Source: a virus
Direction: 5' to 3' (one strand)
Virus record (IMG/VR): IMGVR_UViG_3300010370_000027
DNA: 64,000 nt
Numbering within the stretch: position 1 is the stretch's first letter; each line of letters opens with the position of its first letter. A program made the position numbers and the translations under genes. Under the pieces are notes generated by a model, which saw only the letters and a program-made list of their open reading frames with translations, was not told the DNA's origin and searched no databases. Shown here piece by piece: positions 28,958 through 40,000 of this stretch.

Positions 28958-29797
28958 TTAAAGATCAGGTCTCGGGCCTGTCGAGAACTTGCCCATCTCC
29001 TCGTCAAGTTCTGGCATGGGGGTCATATTTATTTTGTATCTCTTACCCGTCTTGTTGTTTCTAACAGTGAGGCAGTCGTCCTCTTCGATAATGGTCCAGT
29101 CGCCGCGCTCGTTCCTGAGGTGTAAGTCACCCGTGTAGATGTTCGACCATCTCTTAGTGACTGAACCGAGAGAATAAGACACGTCGCTACCTGGTAAAAG
29201 CGATCCAGTAACAGACATCGTTCCATTGACAGCAAGCTTGTCAGATGTCGCTGTTGTGCCTATTCCTACATTACCACTACCAGAGACAAAAAGAAGGCAA
29301 TTACCTGAGCTGTTCTGGATGTCTAGGACGGGTGCTCCTGCAGAAGGATTACCGGGTCTCAACGTGAGTGTCGATTGATTGATACTCGCTGATCCAGAGA
29401 CGAAAAGTCTCGCCGAGAACGAAGTGGTTCCTATTCCTATTCCTGAACCGTTGTCGTAGACCTCGCTGTCCCCGAGCGAAGTAGAAGAAGTGTACTTTGA
29501 AAGGTAATTTAAAGTTCCTTGACCGAAAAGAGTACCAGACTCTGAGTTAGAGGATATTGTCACCGCTCCCGTAGATCCAGTAGTAATCGTAATGTTGCTA
29601 CCGGCAACGAGATACGGTGATCCATCAGACAGTTTCGTCAGAGAGCCGGAGAATGCCGTAGCATAGACGTTGTTCCACTTCTTTGTAAGAGAACCAAAAT
29701 CATACGACGAGTCTATTCCCGGTGTCAAGGAACCGGTTATGGCAGCTGACCCTGTTATCGTCGTTATTCCAACTAAGCTTGGTGAATCTATTCTCAT
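28958..29797 (-). CDS. Short fibre protein sharing the C-terminal domain of the 1760-aa fibre
   Basis: C-terminus DLHLRNERGDWTIIEE...KTGKRYKI...PELDEEMGKFSTGPRP. Confidence 0.7.
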   Translation of the reverse strand: MRIDSPSLVGITTITGSAAITGSLTPGIDSSYDFGSLTKKWNNVYATAFSGSLTKLSDGSPYLVAGSNITITTGSTGAVTISSNSESGTLFGQGTLNYLSKYTSSTSLGDSEVYDNGSGIGIGTTSFSARLFVSGSASINQSTLTLRPGNPSAGAPVLDIQNSSGNCLLFVSGSGNVGIGTTATSDKLAVNGTMSVTGSLLPGSDVSYSLGSVTKRWSNIYTGDLHLRNERGDWTIIEEDDCLTVRNNKTGKRYKINMTPMPELDEEMGKFSTGPRPDL

Positions 29798-29922
29798 TTC
29801 AGATTTTGGAGATAATGTACACCACGCAAGAGATGAATAAACGTGACAAACATTAGTCTTAAGGAGCCTTAAGTAATTCTACTACGGTTCCCTGTGACTG
29901 TTATTTATAAAATACCGAAAAT

Positions 29923-30162
29923 TTATGAAAGAGAATTTACAATTTGTGAAAGAGAAGCGATGTCTTCCGCATCGTCAATTTGAATTTGCAACATCGCATA
30001 TCGCTCCCTAATTTCTTGACGAGCATTTTCAGCCTGAGAAAAAGCAAGACCGGGTATCTGCTTTGAAATTATTTCATCGTAAGGAGAGAATTCCGCTGCC
30101 CTCGAAGCTCGTCTTTTATTGTGAGCTATTTCCTTTGCCTTATCAATATTAATTTTTATCAT
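29923..30162 (-). CDS. Probable tail fibre assembly chaperone
   Basis: I.I..AKEIAH..RR..R..EF...D motif typical of small fibre-associated genes. Confidence 0.55.
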   Translation of the reverse strand: MIKINIDKAKEIAHNKRRASRAAEFSPYDEIISKQIPGLAFSQAENARQEIRERYAMLQIQIDDAEDIASLSQIVNSLS

Positions 30163-30410
30163 GAATTATTCTCAAAATCAGATGAGCTGCCTCCGATGCC
30201 ATCAGTCAATATCCCGGGATCTATTTCCCACGCAGATCTAAAAGTTCTATCTTCGGGAACGTCGGCGGCATCTATGATCTTAAAAGGCTTGCCAGCTGGT
30301 ACGTCTTTTAAAGCGATGTTGATTATCCCATAAGCGGAAAGAGCTTCAGGAGACGGCACTATAATAGCAACGCCGCCGTCTTCAGTCTGATAGACTATCC
30401 TTAGACTCAT
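30159..30410 (-). CDS. Probable tail fibre assembly chaperone
   Basis: RIVY....GGVAIIVP...KDVPAG.PFKIID..DVP.DRTFR.AWE. Confidence 0.6.
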   Translation of the reverse strand: MSLRIVYQTEDGGVAIIVPSPEALSAYGIINIALKDVPAGKPFKIIDAADVPEDRTFRSAWEIDPGILTDGIGGSSSDFENNS

Positions 30411-30430
30411 GCCATCTCCTGAATCAAATC

Positions 30431-33400
30431 TTACCTAAAAATTGTAGCATTAACATTTGAAGCATCAGCAGCGGTAAATCCGCTGGTTAATGTTGATACT
30501 CTAAATAGGCTAGACGTTCTGGGGGTGACATCATCTCTAGATTTTATAATATCGACACCACTTGTACCACCAACAGAAAGAGATACAGTGTAGTTTTCGT
30601 CAGGCATGGGAGAAGAAAAATTCACAATGTAGTCTCCCGTTCCGTTGTCAGTTATACTAGAGACGTTCTGGCTAGCTCTGATGGATATCGTGCCCGTTCC
30701 ATTAAAGTTTACCCAGGCACGAGCACCGTAGTACGGTGCCGATCCTGCCGTGGGTGTAATATTCCCCAACGTAGAAGCGCCTGATCCCCCAGCTACTGGG
30801 CCGCCTACTGCGATGTATCCAGACGTAGGGATGGAAAATGTAATGCTTGCTTGCGTAGAAGAAGTCGCTGTCGCGGACTTCGGTATCATCTTGTTGAAAG
30901 AGGTGTCAAAAACCTCGATGTCATAGAGGCTTAGCCCGATGTCGTGATTTACGGTGACGGAAGTTGCATCCGAGAACGAAGCAGTTGCATAAGTGATCGC
31001 TCCAAGTGATATTGTGACGGAACCGTTAGATCCTGTGAGGACAACTATTCCATCACCCGCTCTTAGATAAGAAGATCCGTCTGTAAGATTGGTGAGCGAG
31101 CCAGAGAGACCAGCAGAATGCTTTGTAACACCTGTAAAAGTTGTTCCACTCACAGTAGCCACGACTGAGTCGTTTACTGAGAGCGTGACATTACCAGATG
31201 TTCCTCCGCCAAGTAGACCGTTACCTGCGTTTACTGAAGTAATGTCCCCCACAGTACCGTCATTGGTGATAACAACAGATCCATTAGAGCCTGTAGCAAT
31301 ACTGATTCCTGGTCCGGCAACGAGATAGGAGGATCCATCAGTAAGTCTGGTCAGGGAGCCACTGAATCCTGTAGAAGCAACAACATAAGTTCCGGTGACA
31401 GCTTGCGTGTTTTTGTTGTACGAGAGACCTGGGCTGGCGCCAAACTCTCCGCCATCATTAAACTGTATTTGCCTGTCAGATCCTGCGATAACTGCGGCAC
31501 CATTCATAGAAGAAGAAATGGTGATGGAACCGTTAGAGCCCGTAGTTATTCCGATGTTGTTTCCTGCAACAAGATAAGACTTGCCATCTGAAAGCTTCGT
31601 TAAAGAACCGCTGAATCCAGTTGTGGCAACAATTGTCTGAGAAGTTACGTTGGACGAGAAAGATCCGAAAGAAGCAGAGAGTATTCCCACATGGTCTATG
31701 GATGCAACTGTATTTCCGCTGTAATTTCGTACATCAACGACTTTTGCTGTAGGCGATGTAACACCAGCTTGCAAAATTGCGACGGGAGTGGATGCTGAGG
31801 AAGTACCAACAAGGTGAAATCTAGCAGACGGAGAAGCGGTTCCTATCCCGACAAGTGAACCTGTCACTGTAAGCGTGTTAGAGCTAAATCCTCCACCTAG
31901 AATGACCCTGTTGTCCGAGAAGACCTCGAAGATCGGGATTCCGTTGACGCCACATATTGAAATCAGTGATCCGCTTAAGTTGTCTGTGACGGAGAAGAGA
32001 GAACCAGAAACTCCAAACACCTCTAGCGGCATATTGGGTGAATTGGTTCCTATGCCAAGACGACTATTGCTGCTATCCCAAAAAAGTCTAGAATTAGAAC
32101 CTGTTATCAAGCCACCAGGTCCTGAAAAAACGATCGAACCAAGAGTAAGACCAGAGCCTGTTAAAGATCCGCTTATGTTAGCTGCAAAAATATTCCGCCA
32201 ATTATTGTCCGTTGTTCCAATGTCGTAATTAGAATCAATACCTGGAGTTATGTTTCCATGAAATTGGGACGTGCCGTATGCTTCTAGATCGTTTGAAAAA
32301 ACTTTCCATCGCTTGACGCTTGAACCAAGATTATAAGAAGCATCGAGGCCTGGTAAAAGTGATCCTGTGAGAGAGGAATCCCCAAGAACGGTGAACTTGT
32401 CGCCTCCTGATACTGTTCCAATACCCACGGAAGATCCGTCATCGTATATGATGCTGTCAGTAAGGGTGTTGGTATCCTGCCACTTAGAGACGTAGTTGGG
32501 AGATCCAAATCCATCGACGAGGCTTCCACCGTTGGTTCCTCCCACCGCATCAATTACGATGGTTCCATTAGAGCCAGTCGTAACGATGACGTTTGATCCG
32601 CCTATGATAAAAGGGTCTCCGGACGAAAGTCTTGTAAGAGAACCTGTAAGACCAGCGTTAAATTTAACGACTCCTGAAAAAGTAGAACCGCTAAGAGTAG
32701 CTACGACAGAATCATTTATGCTGAGTGTTCTATCGGAACTAAGATCTCCCCCACCGATGAGACCGTTTCCTGCTATGATTGATGTAGTCTTTAAAACCCT
32801 GTTGTCGAGGCTACTTGTCAAATTGGTGACTTGTGTCTCAGCAATTTGGACAGACGTGAGTGATACGTTTGTTATTCTTCCTTGTAGATCAGTAGTAAAA
32901 ACAGGGATTTGACTTTGACTTCCGTAAGTGCCTGCAGATCCCGTATTACTCAATGCTACGGTAATTCGTCCCGTAGATCCTGTAGTAACGTTAATTCCTA
33001 CGCCTGAAGCGATGTACGACGTCCCATCGGTAAGTCGCGTGAGAGAGCCGCTAAGTCCTGAATTGAACTTAATCGGACCCGTAAAAGTAGTTCCACTGAC
33101 TGTAGCAACAACAGAGTCGTTGATTCTCAAAGAGACAGAGCCGTCTGTCCCACCACCTAAAAGACCAGTGCCGGGCGATACACCGCTTATTGTGCCGCTG
33201 TTTATTGTCGAAAGAAAAATTGATCCATTGGAGCCTGTCACAACGGACATGTTTCCGCCGGCTATTATGAAGGAAGTTCCGTCAGAAAGTCTCGTGAGAG
33301 AACCGCTTATGTTGGTAGCTACAAGAGACCTTCTATCTCTGGCGAATTTGAGGTCCGAGGACGCAGAAAGAAAACCGAGATAGTTGTACTGTATCTCGGT

Positions 33401-33586
33401 GTCATAGCCTGCAGCAGAAAGTTGACTTCTAGGATTGAAAAGACCTAGAGAATCTCTGAAGCTGAACGCTCCGTTTACATACCTGATGCCACCAGCTGCA
33501 GTAGGATTATCACCGGGGGACCTATTTTCGAGGACTATGCCCTCTTCATCGGCCTCACCCGGTCTTCTATCTGGTGTCCTAGCCAT
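30431..33586 (-). CDS. Tail fibre protein (1051 aa)
   Basis: SGSLTRLxDGxS modules; C-terminal ARAWVNFNGTG..IRAS.NVSSITDNGTGDY.VNF..PMPD.NY tip domain; two chaperone-like genes lie downstream. Confidence 0.75.
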   Translation of the reverse strand: MARTPDRRPGEADEEGIVLENRSPGDNPTAAGGIRYVNGAFSFRDSLGLFNPRSQLSAAGYDTEIQYNYLGFLSASSDLKFARDRRSLVATNISGSLTRLSDGTSFIIAGGNMSVVTGSNGSIFLSTINSGTISGVSPGTGLLGGGTDGSVSLRINDSVVATVSGTTFTGPIKFNSGLSGSLTRLTDGTSYIASGVGINVTTGSTGRITVALSNTGSAGTYGSQSQIPVFTTDLQGRITNVSLTSVQIAETQVTNLTSSLDNRVLKTTSIIAGNGLIGGGDLSSDRTLSINDSVVATLSGSTFSGVVKFNAGLTGSLTRLSSGDPFIIGGSNVIVTTGSNGTIVIDAVGGTNGGSLVDGFGSPNYVSKWQDTNTLTDSIIYDDGSSVGIGTVSGGDKFTVLGDSSLTGSLLPGLDASYNLGSSVKRWKVFSNDLEAYGTSQFHGNITPGIDSNYDIGTTDNNWRNIFAANISGSLTGSGLTLGSIVFSGPGGLITGSNSRLFWDSSNSRLGIGTNSPNMPLEVFGVSGSLFSVTDNLSGSLISICGVNGIPIFEVFSDNRVILGGGFSSNTLTVTGSLVGIGTASPSARFHLVGTSSASTPVAILQAGVTSPTAKVVDVRNYSGNTVASIDHVGILSASFGSFSSNVTSQTIVATTGFSGSLTKLSDGKSYLVAGNNIGITTGSNGSITISSSMNGAAVIAGSDRQIQFNDGGEFGASPGLSYNKNTQAVTGTYVVASTGFSGSLTRLTDGSSYLVAGPGISIATGSNGSVVITNDGTVGDITSVNAGNGLLGGGTSGNVTLSVNDSVVATVSGTTFTGVTKHSAGLSGSLTNLTDGSSYLRAGDGIVVLTGSNGSVTISLGAITYATASFSDATSVTVNHDIGLSLYDIEVFDTSFNKMIPKSATATSSTQASITFSIPTSGYIAVGGPVAGGSGASTLGNITPTAGSAPYYGARAWVNFNGTGTISIRASQNVSSITDNGTGDYIVNFSSPMPDENYTVSLSVGGTSGVDIIKSRDDVTPRTSSLFRVSTLTSGFTAADASNVNATIFR

Positions 33587-33589
33587 TTC

Positions 33590-34216
33590 TTATTTCTTCT
33601 GTTTCTTTGACTTGGTCTTAGCTGTTTGATCTACCACTTCTTCTGATTGATTTTCTATCTGTGTTTCTTCAGTTTTTTCTTTTGGGGCTTCTCCGTCTGG
33701 TTGAGCTGATGCGTCTTCAGAAAGTCTTCTTAGTTTTATTGAAGGACCCGGGCGTGTTCCAACAGACCTTCCTGCAGATTCAGCTTCATTTGATTCTTTT
33801 GCCTGATTCTCTTCTTCGAGGCTCCTTTCGAGCGCTCTTCTCAAGAGTTGCTGTCTATTGATCTCTTCGTCTCTATATTTTTTTGCAATGGAAACTGCCT
33901 GCTGAAATGCGCTTATCTTTCCTGCTTGCGCCTGCTTGTTATTTTCAGCAACATTTGCGAGATTGACAATGTTGTTTCTTGCTCTCTCAAGGTAAGACTT
34001 AATCATCTTTGATACTTCAAGGTCCGTCTCTTTTTCGTCGAGATCCCTGTGAACAACCTTGACAAGATTCTCGAGGGAGACTGCAGCGTTTCTCAATGCG
34101 CTAACAGCTCCCTCTTCCCTATACAAATCTTTTGTTGCACTTTCAAGGGCATCGTCAAGACGATTCCCAAGTTCATTAACTGCTGTAAGTTTTGCTTCGG
34201 ACTTTAATAAACTCAT
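33590..34216 (-). CDS. Coiled-coil hypothetical protein
   Basis: Likely start MSLLKSE at 34216 with AGGAG RBS. Confidence 0.55.
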   Translation of the reverse strand: MSLLKSEAKLTAVNELGNRLDDALESATKDLYREEGAVSALRNAAVSLENLVKVVHRDLDEKETDLEVSKMIKSYLERARNNIVNLANVAENNKQAQAGKISAFQQAVSIAKKYRDEEINRQQLLRRALERSLEEENQAKESNEAESAGRSVGTRPGPSIKLRRLSEDASAQPDGEAPKEKTEETQIENQSEEVVDQTAKTKSKKQKK

Positions 34217-34284
34217 AACGCTCCTGCGAGATTTTTCAACATTATACAATTATCTCGCAGGAGCGTTAATTAGCCTACTTTGTG

Positions 34285-35829
34285 TTATGCTCTAACATAA
34301 GGAACGACACAGATAACATCTCCAGTCTTGAGCGGGAACTCAAACTTAAGAGAGTTGGCATCGTTACCGGCATAGTAGTCGTTGCCAGATCCCGGGTAGA
34401 GAAGCTGGCCGTTAAGATAGACGTCGTAGTCCGATCCGAAAGTTCCTGCATCCATGTAAGGAAGTGCTACGTCGACGTTTGAATCTCCCAAGGAGACGTT
34501 AACGTCTGCGTTAAGATCACTCTGAACGATTGAGTACACCTTTGGACGACGCTTGGCCTGATAGATTCCTTGAACAAGTGAAACTTCTCCAAATGCTGTT
34601 TCAAACTCGTCCCACTCGGCGGTGGTGTCAGTGAGCTTTATGCTTGTCGCTGCCCAGGTAGAACCGCCCATGTTACCGTCGCTGAGGAGAAGCTCTCCAG
34701 CTCCGAGGAGCTTGAGATCGTCTGTAGCTGTTGTCTCGATGACTCCGGCTGTCACACCGACGTCAATTCTCGTTCCGGCCGTGTTGAACTTGGCGCCTTC
34801 TGAGAAATCGACATCAACTGCGTTGATGTCGAGATAGTCAACGTCGGACGAAACAGAAACGGTCGTGTCGTTGCTGCTGTGACCTTCGTCGATCTTGAAG
34901 ACTGTGGCATTGTTGCTGTCTCTAATTTCCCAATAGAAACCACCGTTGATGTCGAGAGTTGCGTTATTTGAAACCTCAACCGGCAAAGTTCCCTGGTTGT
35001 CATAAGCGTTTTGACGTGTCGTTGCGCTCGTCGAAGGGACGTCGATCTCAGCGCCGCGGAGGAAGTCCTGCTCGTTGAGGTCACCGAGGGCCTTACGAAC
35101 AGTTGAAACGTAGTTGATTACTTTGTTCTGTATCGATGAAGCAGGAGCTGCTATGAGGTCGTTACCTGCGACTGGGTCGACCATAACGAAAGATATCTGA
35201 GCTCTCTTGTCAACATCGTTGAGTGTGTGTCCGTTGGCGCCGTCCTCTGTCTGGAGGAGACCGTAGATGATGCTGTTCTCGTGAAGGAGCGGATCTCTGT
35301 TGGATCCTGTCACAATCATCAAGAGGTTCTTGGGGCTAATTGCAGTCGCGCCTTGAACTTCTGCGAGAGAGTGTGTACCAAAGGTTCCTGGGTGCTGAAC
35401 AGCAACCGATCCTGTGAACTCCGTTGCGCCGAGAGCAACAACTTTTCCAATTCCGGCTGGGTTGGGAGCCTGCGTTGCTGTCGAAAGAATGACCCAGTTC
35501 TGTCCATCAGGAACTGTGACGTCAGAGACGCTGACGTAGCTTGTGAGAACTCTCTTTCTCTCGAGGCTGTGAAGGTCGTTGTTGAGAGAGTCGATACCGC
35601 GCTGTCTTCCGTTTTCGAAAGATGTCGGTGTGTAGATGTTGTCATACCAGTTATCAGAGGGCATTGTGTCGCCGTCTCTGTTGAGCATGTTCTGTATCTG
35701 AGAGCGAAGATTATTTAAGTCTTCCTCGAGCGATGACGCCGACTCCCACAAAACGTCTGGTTCGAGCTGATCGTCATAGACGTCAGAGTTTTTGATCTGA
35801 ATTCCTTGCCTAATAAAAGTACGTGCCAT
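34285..35829 (-). CDS. Virion structural protein (fibre or appendage-related)
   Basis: 514 aa; C-terminal DVYLNGQLL...DY....F...L..GDVI module; ATAATTA upstream. Confidence 0.55.
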   Translation of the reverse strand: MARTFIRQGIQIKNSDVYDDQLEPDVLWESASSLEEDLNNLRSQIQNMLNRDGDTMPSDNWYDNIYTPTSFENGRQRGIDSLNNDLHSLERKRVLTSYVSVSDVTVPDGQNWVILSTATQAPNPAGIGKVVALGATEFTGSVAVQHPGTFGTHSLAEVQGATAISPKNLLMIVTGSNRDPLLHENSIIYGLLQTEDGANGHTLNDVDKRAQISFVMVDPVAGNDLIAAPASSIQNKVINYVSTVRKALGDLNEQDFLRGAEIDVPSTSATTRQNAYDNQGTLPVEVSNNATLDINGGFYWEIRDSNNATVFKIDEGHSSNDTTVSVSSDVDYLDINAVDVDFSEGAKFNTAGTRIDVGVTAGVIETTATDDLKLLGAGELLLSDGNMGGSTWAATSIKLTDTTAEWDEFETAFGEVSLVQGIYQAKRRPKVYSIVQSDLNADVNVSLGDSNVDVALPYMDAGTFGSDYDVYLNGQLLYPGSGNDYYAGNDANSLKFEFPLKTGDVICVVPYVRA

Positions 35830-35903
35830 GGCTTTCTCCTAAAATCGCAGTCGTCAGCGATTCGAGCTAATTATTATTTAGCTACTGAGTTTACACGTGA
35901 TTT

Positions 35904-37082
35904 TTAGTAAGGATAAGTTGCTAACAGGTTGGATCCGACCTTAGGAATGTAATTCATGGTTATCGACTTGCCTGCCAAAGTGTAGTCTCCTATCACGCCT
36001 TGTCGCTGCAAAACACCGTCGACGTAAAGCATCAAAGATTCAGGAGGATTTGGAGTCTCAGCAAGTTCAAATGAATAGTTGACACCATTTGATAGACCGG
36101 AAGGAACGTCCATCCATTTGGTCGTAGTGGGTAAGAAATAAAGGTAAGGATATGTTGCAAAAATATTTGAATTAGCTCTAGGGGCGTAATTAAAAACAAT
36201 TTGCTTGTTTGAAATGGTGTAGTCTGCGCTATATCCTTGCTTCTGAAGAACACCGTTGACGTATAAGAGAAGAGCTGATGGCGGCTCGGGTTTTTCCGCT
36301 AGATCAAAGACCATGTTTGCGCCGAGTGAGACATCGCCCGATGGGATTTCCATCCACGAAGTTTTTATTAGGACGTTAGTTCCGTAAGTCGTGTCGCCAG
36401 TGTTCGCAGCGGCATCGATTACTTCATTGGACATTCTGCCAACGTAAACAAAGGCTCTCGCAAAAGCAGGGATCTTTGAAGCGTTGTAGTCCTGTATGAA
36501 AAGAATTCCGTTGTAGTAGTCGACGTTCCAGTCGATATTGTCAAGAAGGGGTATTTCATCTCCAGCATTTCCTGCACCGTCATCCTTGAAGAGTGTGACG
36601 ATATACGGATTAGGAGCGGTCTGAGAGAAAAAAGGCGGCAAAAGCTGAGCCTGCCCGAGAGTCTCATGAAGATATTTGAGATTGTCAAAGACTCCATTTC
36701 CAGACTTGGTATTGTTAGTAAGCGTCTGGTAATTTTTAGGGAATCTAAACATGTAGGCATGTGGGCCTGCTGTTTGAGCAGCTTCTCCCGAATCAGAACC
36801 TGATCCACCTCCCGGGTTATTTGCATCGTAAGTAGTTCCAGCCACGGGAACTAATTCAAATTCAACATACTCTACGCTTGGGAACGCTCCAACACCCTGC
36901 ACCATATAGAGAGTCTGCGTTGGATTATTTGGTATTCTGTCGCCGAAAATGAGGTTAGTTGCAGCCTGAATGTTTGAACCGATGACCTCTTCACCGTCAA
37001 TCTTTAGGTTTGAGGTGTGCGCTTTGCCCAGAAGCTTCTTCTGGGCAAATAGCGTTGCGCTTGTATCGGATTTACCTGCCAT
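35904..37082 (-). CDS. Virion structural protein with two C-terminal repeats
   Basis: WM(E/D).PSG...F.LAE.P.PP..L.LYV.GVLQ.QG...DYT...NY.P...SN..ATYPY occurs twice. Confidence 0.55.
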   Translation of the reverse strand: MAGKSDTSATLFAQKKLLGKAHTSNLKIDGEEVIGSNIQAATNLIFGDRIPNNPTQTLYMVQGVGAFPSVEYVEFELVPVAGTTYDANNPGGGSGSDSGEAAQTAGPHAYMFRFPKNYQTLTNNTKSGNGVFDNLKYLHETLGQAQLLPPFFSQTAPNPYIVTLFKDDGAGNAGDEIPLLDNIDWNVDYYNGILFIQDYNASKIPAFARAFVYVGRMSNEVIDAAANTGDTTYGTNVLIKTSWMEIPSGDVSLGANMVFDLAEKPEPPSALLLYVNGVLQKQGYSADYTISNKQIVFNYAPRANSNIFATYPYLYFLPTTTKWMDVPSGLSNGVNYSFELAETPNPPESLMLYVDGVLQRQGVIGDYTLAGKSITMNYIPKVGSNLLATYPY

Positions 37083-37083
37083 A

Positions 37084-40000
37084 TCAGCTCCAGCTAATGC
37101 TTATCCTCTCGAGATATCCTGTCCAGTCTTTGTGAGCCATAATTCTAACAACAATTCTTTGAGCGCTCGGAGAAACTGTTCCATCAACTGTAACACCGTT
37201 GAAGGTACATGTATTAGTTGCACCAGCAGCAGTAACCGAAGATGTGAGGTCACCACTGAGACAGCCGGAATCTTCTGCCCAGTTACCTGATCCGGCGCTG
37301 GGTCTTGCAAGATCCATATAGCTTGTCTTGCCAGGAAGACTTATATGAACATATACATTTTTATTTGCGCCTAATATGCCTGAGTTGGGACCATTCTTGG
37401 CGACTATTGTTGCATCACCGTAGAGTGTGACTTTTATGCTGGGTCTGTCGTCCGTCGTGTTGTTTCTAAAGTATCTCAAATAAGATCTGTTTGAATTAAC
37501 GAGAGAGCTGTAATCGACGTTTCCAGCAGGAGACTCTATAGATCCGCCCTCTTTATGGTTTCTAAAATCTCCATTCTCGCCTCCATACTTGGGTGCCATC
37601 AAGAATCTGTCATAGATGAGCAATCCTGTCGAATAAGCAGGATAATTTGCAACATCATTCATTGACACAGCGGAGTTCCAAGCATTGTAACCTGCAACAA
37701 CAACAGACTGAGATGCATATGTAGTGTCAATGATTCTATAAGACTCTCCTGTAAAATAACATTCCGTATTCTCGTTGCTTCCTGCATTACTTGGTGTCCA
37801 AACTAACAGTTTAGTAGTTGATTGAACAGGAGTAGTGATGGGAGTCTTGAAGGGATGAACGAACGTCATTGCGCCGCCGCAGCCATAAGAAGTGGTGCGG
37901 GAGCCAGGCAAAGACTTACTTAATGTGAAGTTTATAGTCCCTTCAACTTCAATGTCTTCGTTCTGACTGTCAGTATTAGTATTTAGAATCTGCAAGCTAG
38001 CAGCGGAAGAATTAGTTGTTTTTGCGGAAGTTATACCGGGTCCACTCTGTACTATTTTTGCTGCAGAAGCATTGGTAAGAGAAGTGAATGATATCGCTGA
38101 AGCGCTGTTAGAATACACGTTTCTGTAAATGTTTGAAATCTTCGTGTGTATGCTACCAGAAGGAGAGTTGAAATATTTGACTCCGCTGACGTACGAGAAA
38201 GAATCGTCGCCAAAAATAGACAGAGAATTCTCACTTGAAGACATTGACGTAGAATCGACTTCATTTATCCATTCTACGTAGTTTGTGACTCTGTCGACAG
38301 CATCTACAGAATGAACCACTCTAAGATAATTCCATCCATTCCTCTGTTCAGCAGGTACAACTCTATATCGACCAGTGCGTTGTATCTCAGAGTATCTGGG
38401 AACTCCGTTGTCAAACATACCGGGAGACCAAGTGCTGACAGATATAAATCCAGAACCATTACCGTTCAAACTTGTTCCTGTACCTGCTCCTGGTGATCCG
38501 GCTCCAGAATAGCTCGATAGGTCTACTGAGTGAACAACACTTCCATTCACTTCAAGACGAAGAATTCCAATATTACCATCAGAAAAAGCATTATCTACAT
38601 AGTCTCTACCGGGAGAAACAACAGCTTCGTTCAGATCTCCCTCCATTGTCGGCACAGAGGTAAAAATACCTCTCCTGAGATTGTTTCCAGAAGTAGCAGC
38701 ACCGTAGGATTCATTTAGCCCTGTGGCAGGGAAACCAGCAGAAGTGTCTGGATTTGAATAGCCTGTTATTGACTTTGTAGAACCGAATGAAAGCACAGCA
38801 GTGGAGCCCAGATTGTCTGAGTCTATATTGTAGAGATCAGGGACTGGTGTAAGAGTTCCTGTACCTGCTCCGAACGTAACTGACATCAGCGATACGTTGC
38901 CTGTCCAGGTTGCGTCTGCTTCGATTTTTACGACAATGTATTCGTTGCTATCGATCGAAAGATTTCCAAGGTTTAGATAGTTTGTTGCATTTAACGTCGG
39001 GTTAAACGTAAGCACACCATTGCTTGTGTGCAAGCCTGCTCCATCTCCATAACTCGCCCCAAAGACATATGGTAAAGCTACATCCATCCATCCTGTCTTA
39101 CCAGGTATTTTTACTGATATTTTTATTCTAGATGCATTCAGAGATGTGGATGATTGAACTATTGTAGACGAGCCATTCAGTGAAATAGATAGATCATACT
39201 GATTCGCTCCAGAAGTATTTTGGAACTTTCTGTAGAAAGTCCTGGTTCCCGTGATAGTCGAGTAATTGGGGTTGCCAGAAGGCCCATTAGACATTCCGAG
39301 AAAGTTACCACCATTCACTGTGTTCTTTGGAGAAACGAGAAGCTGATTGTAGAACTGCAAGCCATCAGCGTACCCAGACGTGCTGAGCATGTGAACGCTT
39401 GAGTCCCAGACATTAGAGGCGTCTGACACGCTAGATTGCGTGTCGTACGAACCTGCTTTAATTCTGTAATTTTCGGCCCTGAATGTCTCAAGTAAATTAG
39501 TAGAAGTATTTGTAAGCTTATACAGGAGGATCTGAGAGACAGAATATCTTCCACCGTTTACGATTGAAGCCTTGAGTGGATGTGTGACATTAACTCCTAC
39601 TTCAATTCCACCGTTTAAAAAGTAGTCTGCACTTAGACTGCTTTGCGAAGATACGTTTATGATTTTAGTATGATCTTCACCTGCAGCTATGTCGATACCT
39701 GACCTTGACTGCGAAGGAAAAGAGTAGGAAAGATTAGCAGCAGCGTTAGAAGTATTTGTTGCAGTTAAAGTAATGGTACTTAGATCGTAAACATACTTGT
39801 AGGCGTTATAAACTTTTACTGCGTAACTGAGATTTCCTGCATTGTAGTATTCAACGCCCGAAAGTTTGGTAGATCCTGTGCCTGTAAAAGACAAACTTCC
39901 GCCTGAAGCTTGCAAGGTAGTAGAATCATCATCGTTGATCCATTCAACATAGTTTGTCTGGTATTGTGCTGACCCTACAACGTGGATAACTCTTGCGTAA

